Assembly: GCA_951406725.2 (NCBI GenBank)
Contig: OX597832.1
Coordinates: 35,898,001-35,962,000, forward strand
Source of the DNA: Octopus vulgaris
Lineage: Eukaryota
Length of the DNA stretch: 64,000 bases
Reading direction: 5' to 3'
The position numbers and the translations under genes were made by a program. A model generated the notes under the pieces. The model was given only the letters and a program-made list of their open reading frames with translations, was not told the DNA's origin and did no database searches. Positions 55,890-64,000 of this stretch are shown in pieces. Position 1 is the first letter of the stretch; every line of letters begins with the position of its first letter.

Positions 55890-56900
55890 TCAATGCTACT
55901 TAAGCATCCCTGGAATCCCTGCTCTTCATGGCTGTTCTTATTCGTGTCTCCCCAATCTTCTCTGAAAGACAACTATCTCCAGCTCCGAGAAATGCGATGG
56001 CTTCCTTCCTGGGGTGGTGTTTGACACAATGGACAGGAGTGAAGCACCCTCCTACCCTTTGTGTACTGAAAGAGGATCCATTCAGCCTCTTCTCACCAGC
56101 TACCCAGGGCTGGCCCCAGGTTTGCTGGTGCCCCGGGCAAGCTGAACTTCGGCGTGAAAAAGCTGACGGTCGTGGAAATTTCCTTGTCTTTGTCACGCCC
56201 TCCTTGGCGCCCTCGAGCACATGGCGCCGCGGGCGACTGCCTGAGTTACCGGTGCCTTCAGCCGGCCCTGCAGTTACCCCACTTTAATCGATGGTTGCTT
56301 CCGCTGATGATATGACAAGGTGCTCAATCCATTCAGTTCAATAATCCCCTCCTCAGGACGGAAGCCATCACTTTTCTAGTGGGTCTTTTCAAACAGTTAA
56401 AGCTGCCAGAGCTCATCATACCAACGACCCCCTGCTCAGCCACAGCTATCTTCTCGCATTGGATCAAATGGGTGATGGTGTGGCAACTGATTGTGCCCTG
56501 CGAAGAACACATAGAGAAGGCACATGAGAGAAGACTGGCCAAATCTCAGGGGCTGAAAATGAAAAAGTTATCACCGGCGAGTGTATGTTGCAAGCAAACT
56601 GGAGTTGGCAGTGGAGTGGGCTGACAACGTTTTGTGGGGAGTTAGTTCTGAAAAGCTCGAATTCGATTTGAGCTAATGGTGCAAGAAAAGGAGGGCAATA
56701 CATTCCATTACTACAGCTGCAGAGAAACCAATTAAATGACTTTAGATACAAAGGGTTGACTTGCGGCTTGCTGCTACTGGAATGCAGGATGGGTGTTGAT
56801 TCAACACCGGCTGGGTCAGCCGGGCGAGGGGTTCTGATATTGAAAAATACCCGACACTCCTCTACGACCCAGAAGCACCACTGACGATACGTCCATGAGA
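55890..56900 (+). mobile_element. R2/NeSL (Hero-like) non-LTR retrotransposon 3' fragment with zinc knuckle and restriction-like endonuclease
   Basis: Decayed PLCTERGSIQPLLTS..GCFR**YDKVL knuckle region. QLIVPCEEHIEKAHERRLAK corresponds to ELTVPWEE...AHERK..KY. A VGVG*QRFVG segment corresponds to VEVGCRGF. A 3' UTR follows. Confidence 0.75.
56105..56270 (+). mobile_element. hAT-type MITE, copy 2 (166 bp)
   Basis: TIRs CAGGGCTGGC...GCCGGCCCTG. 8-bp TSD CAGCTACC (56097-104) / CAGTTACC (56271-78). Shares the core AAGCTGACGGTCGTGGAAATTTCCTTGTCTTTGTCACGCC with copy 1. Confidence 0.88.
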
Positions 56901-56965
56901 AATAGCTTGAAACAATGCGCGTGTGTAGATGAGAGTGTTACTAGTGTCTCCTCTACCTACATAAA

Positions 56966-57021
<56 letters not shown>

Positions 57022-57099
57022 ATAAGGAATGAGAGAGCAAATATATTTTACGTAAAGAAAAACTGTGAAGTTGTGATGTTCGTACAATTTCAAGTCCCT

Positions 57100-57900
57100 T
57101 AGCAGCGATCTACTCTCCGCCAACGGCACCCACCCCTGCACAGATGATATCACCCTCATTCCTCACTAGCTTTACATACCTAAGTATCATCTACTAAAAC
57201 CTAGCCATATTCCTACAATGACACTATGAAAAGGCATCTCGAAAATATCCTGTAATGGTTTCAAGTCGGTCTCCTTTGTAGCTTAAACACGCAAACACTC
57301 AACATATCTTAAAAACCCATTATTCTGCCTCTTCCAAACCGTAACTAAACAAGTAATCAGGACTCTGAAACTTGCTCCAAATGCAAGGCCCCTCATTATC
57401 ACCCAGGATCTCTCTTGGCGAAATCACCTCCTTAACACGAACTGCATCACAAAGACTGTTTTTTTCAGGATCAGAAAATACTTATTCCCCTAAACAACAA
57501 TTACGTTCCTACAAAACTCAGGTAAAATCCACAGTCGAATACTGCTTCCACATCCGGGACAATGCTTCATGCAAGAGAAAAACCAAACACCGAAAGAGAG
57601 ATCACGAGGCTGAATGGCATCAAGTCACTCACCAACAAACTCCGTCCCCTCGCTTAGAGACACCCAATCTCTCCTCTGACTTTTCTAGTGCCACTACAGC
57701 GACTTCTCTTCTTGGGAGCTGGTCTCATCTCACACCCACTCAGGTATTCAAGGTTCACTCATGTCCAGTTTGTGCCCCCAAACTTCACTTCAACTTCTAT
57801 TACCAGTCCTTTCTGAACCCCAGAGCTGCAGACAAAAAAAAAAGGTGTGCAGGGAAGGAATACCGTCCCTGCTCAAGTTTCTCGCTTCAGCTGTAAATAG
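57100..57900 (+). mobile_element. Decayed CR1/Jockey-group LINE RT C-terminal fragment
   Basis: TASQRLFF...YSPKQQLRSYKTQVKSTVEYCFHI corresponds to 'A...L.FL......L..LYKAQVRP.LEYCSHIW'. Confidence 0.6.
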
Positions 57901-59062
57901 TAACCGCTGAAGAGGAACATTAACGGTGTCGACCTCACTTGTGGTGGAGGCTAGCCGGAAGTTATGGGCAAAGCTCTGACCTACAAACCAAGCCATGGGT
58001 ACAGCTCTTCCCTACAGACCCCAATAACAATAACATCAACAAGATCCACCAAGGAGCTTCTGTGGCAGAGAACGAGAGAAAGACTTATGCATCTTCTCTA
58101 CAAAATAACAATACAGCAGCAGGAATAACAACAACAACAACAACCACGGCAGCAGCAGCAGCAAAACCGTCGCTGCCATCAGCACCACTTTCATTCAGTA
58201 TCACCGCCACCACCACCACCGACACCAATAGTGTCACCAACACCAGCAACAACAACACTAACAACATCAGCCTCATTACCACTACCGCCACCTAGCAACA
58301 ACAACAAAAACAGCAGCAGCAATGACACTAACAACAACAACAGTAAACTGGTGTCTCTCCAATCAAGACAGCATTAAGAGAATACTCTCAAGGCAAAGTC
58401 TTTGATGTTTCCGATCGTTGCCAAGGTTGCAGGGTAGCCATGGTAGCAGTGATACAGCTGCCGCTCCACCCTGTCAGATGTTGCACTGAGAATATCGAGA
58501 GCAGCGCCATCTACGACCGTCTCAATAATAATACACCTCTACTTCATCATTCCGCTAATCTCTCATTCCCTTCACTTTCTCATTCTCTTCCGCTCTCTTT
58601 CCTTCGCTTTCTTATTCTTCTCCTCTCTCATCCCGCCCATCTTTCATTCCTCCGCTTTCGTATTCTTTCGTTCTCTCAATCTTGCTTGTTTATTCATTTC
58701 TCTATTCTTGAATTCTCTAATTTTCTTTTTTTCTTATGGTTTCCCCGATCCTTCTTTGTGATAATTTTTTTCCTCTAGTTTCCCTATTTTTCCCTCTCTT
58801 ATTCATTATCTTTCACTCATTCAACTTCCTGCAGGCATGGCGATGTAATTAGGAAGTTCGCTTCTCAGTCGTGTAGTTCCGAGTTCGATCCCACTGTGTG
58901 ATTCTCTCTACCTTAACCTGAAGGTGACTTAAGCCTTGTGAGACATAGAGTAGATTGAAATTGTGTGGCATCCCCATCGAATGGATTGTGTCTGTTTTAG
59001 GGTGGTACAAACTGTCGCTCAATTTAACACCACCATGTGATTCTATTGTAAACATTGCGACC

Positions 59063-59782
59063 AGGTCCCAGGTGTCCAGACAAAGAGAGGTCCCAGGTGT
59101 CCAGACTAAGAGAGGTCCCAGGTGTCCAGACAAAGAGAGGTCCCAGGTGTCCAGACTAAGAGAGGTCCCAGGTGTCCAGACAAAGAGAGGTCCCAGGTGT
59201 CCAGACTAAGAGAGGTCCCAGGTGTCCAGACTAAGAGAGGTCCCAGGTGTCCAGACAAAGAGAGGTCCCAGGTGTCCAGACTAAGAGAGGTCCCAGGTGT
59301 CCAGACAAAGAGAGGTCCCAGGTGTCCAGACAAAGAGAGGTCCCAGGTGTCCAGACAAAGAGAGGTCCCAGGTGTCCAGACTAAGAGAGGTCCCAGGTGT
59401 CCAGACAAAGAGAGGTCCCAGGTGTCCAGACAAAGAGAGGTCCCAGGTGTCCAGACTAAGAGAGGTCCCAGGTGTCCAGACAAAGAGAGGTCCCAGGTGT
59501 CCAGACAAAGAGAGGTCCCAGGTGTCCAGACAAAGAGAGGTCCCAGGTGTCCAGACAAAGAGAGGTCCCAGGTGTCCAGACTAAGAGAGGTCCCAGGTGT
59601 CCAGACAAAGAGAGGTCCCAGGTGTCCAGACTAAGAGAGGTCCCAGGTGTCCAGACTAAGAGAGGTCCCAGGTGTCCAGACAAAGAGAGGTCCCAGGTGT
59701 CCAGACAAAGAGAGGTCCCAGGTGTCCAGACAAAGAGAGGTCCCAGGTGTCCGGTCTAAGAGAGGTCCCAGGTGTCCGGACT
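59063..59782. repeat. 25-bp minisatellite, about 29 copies
   Basis: Unit AGGTCCCAGGTGTCCAGAC(A/T)AAGAG repeated head to tail with no spacers. Confidence 0.98.
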
Positions 59783-59949
59783 CCCTGAAATAACACCCTA
59801 ATTAAAAGATGCAGAAAGGACATATTTGATTGCAGCACCAGATTCATGGTGGTTACAAACTTATCTACTTGGAATGAAGAATACAGCATTTACATGTGTA
59901 TATGTTTATGTAACTGTATACGTGAGCGCCTAAGTGGGTGTATATATAC

Positions 59950-60417
<468 letters not shown>

Positions 60418-61526
60418 TAATAAAGTGTGTGTATTTGTAGGTATACAATGTGGTAAGCCCACCGAGGCTTACAGCATGTATAAATCAATGGGTTTGTTGA
60501 AAGGTAAAAACAAGAATTACATACAATGTCTCCTTGTATTGCCTAAAGCACGTGAACTGAGAATAAAGATTTGAAGTAGAGTAGAATTCAAACAGGAATA
60601 TAATAGATCTTTACAATATCAATCAAGACAAAATGTACACAAGTGCGTGTGTTAACATGTACACGCATATAATTTCGTTTTACAAAGTCGTTTGAATAAT
60701 ATGTTGGAGAAAATATAATAGTATCACGTGCGTATGTTCACTTTTTTAAAAAGTTTTGTAAAGCTAAAATATCTATCAGCAGATGATAATGGTCTGCAGA
60801 AAACAAATGATGCGTGTATTAGAACTGATGTCTTATAATTGCTGGCATTATTGAACTGTTGTTTCAGAAATGTTGTCTTTGATTTGTCACAACTGATGCC
60901 ATATCAAAAATCATGTGGTTATACCAAGCAACAAGTGAGTGTGATAAACAGTCTCCTATTAACGACATGTTCTTAACCTTCGTAACAGATAAATCCCAAC
61001 ATATGATGTGTCGTAAAATGTGTGACCTAACTGATGAATAAAGAATAATCTAACACACGTCACAAGTGATGTATCGTAACTGATATATTCGAACCATTCG
61101 TAATGGTCTCAGTTTATAGCACAATGCTAACAATTTTAGGGATGGAGTTAACTCGATTACATCGACCCCCAGTGTTCAACTGGTCCTTATTTTACTGACC
61201 CCCAAATGGATGAAAGGCAAAGTCAACATCGGCGGTATTTGAATTCAGAACATAAAGATAGACGAAATGCTGCTAAGCATTTCACCTGCCCAGCCTGTTA
61301 ACGATTCTGTCCGTTCGTCACCTTCCATTTGAAACATTCATAATAACAAGTGACAAAAACTCAGAAGTCGAACCTGAACATCGACTGTTTCACGTTCATT
61401 AAGTTGAACCAAGTTGGAAGTTTAAAAACCATAAATAAACCAGCAAAAAGTCTTTTTACTCTGAAGCAATAAGTAAAAGTCTTTGGCAATAAATAGTTTT
61501 TACTTACAAACACACACACACATATA

Positions 61527-62805
61527 CAGGGGTTGGAAAAAACAATGGAAACACCTAGCATCATAGCATCATAATTTTGAAATATCTATAAAACCGTCAA
61601 AAGCTTGTTTATTTTTATGTTTTTTTTATTATTAGTATTGTTTAATATGTTTTGCTAAAATTGTTGTTTCTTTTGAGATATCATCAGAAAAAGGTAATTA
61701 AAATTTATTAAAATGACAGATCTATCGGACTTTCAAAGAGGTCAAATTGTTGGTGCTCGTATGGCAGTCGCTAGCGTAACGAAAACAAGCGAAATGTTTG
61801 GTGTATCAAGAAGTACTGTCTCGAAAGTAATGACAGCCTTTGAGAAAGAGGGAAAAACCTCCTCGTTGAAACAAAACCCCGGAAGAAAACCAAAACTTTC
61901 AGATAGGGACCATCGGACTCTTACGCGAATTGTTAGAAAGGATCATAAAAGTACAGCTCCCAAAGTTAGTGCAGAGCTTAATGACCACCTTGTGAACCCA
62001 GTTTCCACAAAAACTGTTGGCCGGGAGCTGCACAAAGCTGGATTTCACGGGAGGGCCGCAATCAGAAAATCACTACTTTCAAAAACAAACGTTGCAAAGC
62101 ATTTAGAGGAGAGTAAAAACCTACAGAATTGGTCCCTAGAGCAGTGGAAGAATGTTATTTTCTGGGACGAGTAATCCATTACCTTATTTCTGATCACCGG
62201 GCGAGTATACGTGTAGAGACAGACAAAAGAAGCATTTCACCTAGACTGCCTTCTTCCGACTGTTAAGCATGGAGGAGAATCTGTGATGATCTGGGGGAGG
62301 GGAGGGGGGTTATATCTTGGAAATCCGGCAGCCCAATGGTTTTCTCTTCATGGCAGAATTAATAGTCAAGACTATTTGAGCATTTTATCTGATCAAATTG
62401 ATCCTACGGTTGAGGAAATATTTCCGGAGGGATGCGCAATCTTTCAGGATGATGATGCACCAATTCACACAGCTAAAGTTACTGAATAGCACAAAGAACA
62501 TTCAAGTGAAGATGAACATCTTATCTGGCTGCTGCAGTCCCCAGATCTCAATATTATTGAACATTTATGGTGCATTTTAGAAAAACAAGTAAGGAGTCGA
62601 TATCCTCCACCATCATCACTACAAGAACTGGAGACTGTTTTAGCTGAAGAATGGACAAAAATTCCTTTGGAAACAATTCAAACTTTGTACGAGTCCATAC
62701 CTCGTAGAATTCAAGCTGTAATTACTGCCAAAGGCAGTCCTACTCCATTTAAATATAAATTTGTCTGAAATTTTAAGTTGTTCCCATTATTTTGTCCAAC
62801 CCCTG
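61527..62805 (+). mobile_element. Near full-length Tc1 (DD34E) transposon, 1279 bp, with disrupted transposase
   Basis: TA TSDs at 61525-26 and 62806-07. 30-bp TIRs CAGGGGTTGGA(A/C)AAAA(C/T)AATGG(A/G)AACA(C/A)CT. Transposase starts at 61713 (MTDLSDFQRGQIVGAR..GRKPKLS..VIFWDE*) and retains FQDDDAPIHTAK and SPDLNIIEHLW after a stop and frameshifts. Confidence 0.95.
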
Positions 62806-64000
62806 TATGAACGCATTTCTCTCTCTCCTCTCACTCCCCCCTCTCTCCCCCCTCTCTCTATAGAAAGATAAAAACAAGAATTTACATACAATGTCTTCTT
62901 GTATTGTCTACGCATTAACAGAAAGTAAACTCTTCCGATTTTATTGGTAGAATAATTTAATAAGCTTAATTAGCTTGAAGAAAGCGCATGAACTGAGAGT
63001 GACTAGCATACCAATATTCCTTCCGGTTCTTTACGTCCTGAGTTTAAATTCTTTCTAGAAGTTGATGTAATGGAGTTTCAGTCCATGGGAGTAGAATTGT
63101 AAGTTCGTTGGTTGTTTTGCGATCTCTGTTCTGTTTCCTTCGGTTTCTGAACAGAAAGATCCCTTAAAAGGAAAACAAAACAGCAGAAGCTTGACATCCA
63201 TCCAGTCTTTGAATGGCGTTTTATGTCTCTTCAACAACATCGACTGACCACCACTGTCGAAATCCTGTCATGGATCGATCAAGTCTGCATAAGTGGAGCC
63301 GACAGCATAACGAGATCGGAAAGTATTCCCTGATTGTTGACCGAATATATGCACCCAGAGAAGTCGCACAACTCTGTTGCAGAATGTCATCAGAATAGAG
63401 GCTGTACGCATTCGACCAAATGGTCGTGTATGACTACATTTCTAGCAGGTAGTCTATTCTGCACTAACAACAGAGATGTTATCTTTCACAGTAATTGAAA
63501 TCAGTTACCCAGATGTCAGTATAATGTTAGAGGTTAATTAAAAACAGAACATCCCTACCGAACTGAGGAAAATTCCGCAGTTTCTTTATCCTGATCATAA
63601 TTTTCGATTTCTACCTGCAATTACCAGAGCAATTGACTACGTGACTAGTTACCTGCATAACAATCTTGAAAAGCTAAAATTCACAAAACCAGAAAAAACA
63701 CAGCTAATCAGAAAATTACAGCTAGAAGCTGTCAAATGTATTATTCAAATATATTTTAAAAATCCATGAACTTCACAATGTAATAAGATCCACACATGCA
63801 AAGCTATTCATACCTGCTCTCATGGGTGCATACATACGTATATGTGTACGTTGATACATGTTCGCATGCATATATACAAATATATACAAGCATACATACA
63901 TGTAAACATAAATACACACCTACCTACCTACCTACCTACCTGTCTACCCACCTACCTACCTACCTACCTACCTACCTACCTACCTACCTACCTACCTGTC

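Noticed and set aside
59063-59782. CRISPR-like array, or repetitive ORFs (SRQREVPGVQTKRGPRCPD...)
   Set aside because: Units are contiguous with no unique spacers, there are no cas genes, and the context is eukaryotic. The ORFs arise from the 75-nt phase cycle of a 25-bp unit.

Overview
AT-rich, microsatellite-dense eukaryotic genomic DNA. The SINE, RTE, Penelope and mariner repeat repertoire points to a cephalopod, most likely Octopus (inference). The only host gene I can support is a minus-strand Popeye-domain gene (BVES/POPDC family: 3-TM, cAMP-binding). I reconstructed six coding exons with GT-AG sites and consistent phases: 21897-21612, 14595-14406, 9393-9271, 6473-6368, 4176-4024 and 3366-3186/3112. 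There is a possible further exon at 839-796 and a candidate non-coding first exon near 40.1 kb. The rest is decayed transposons: Tc1/mariner, hAT MITEs with 8-bp TSDs, Penelope-like elements, RTE, CR1-like, R4/Dong, R2/Hero and Tx1-like LINE fragments, and tRNA-derived SINEs. There is also a 25-bp two-variant minisatellite and many microsatellites, which produce most of the ORF track. The most notable non-gene signals are: (i) a 159-bp near-perfect palindrome encoding a minimal hammerhead ribozyme with a variant core (CCGACGA) on both strands, plus other hammerhead remnants next to Penelope fragments; (ii) a sharp CpG-depletion boundary near 37.7 kb that fits gene-body methylation; (iii) a LINE with a 5'-inversion. 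No CRISPR array, rRNA or genuine tRNA gene was seen. Repeat boundaries were read by eye and are approximate unless TIR/TSD coordinates are given.
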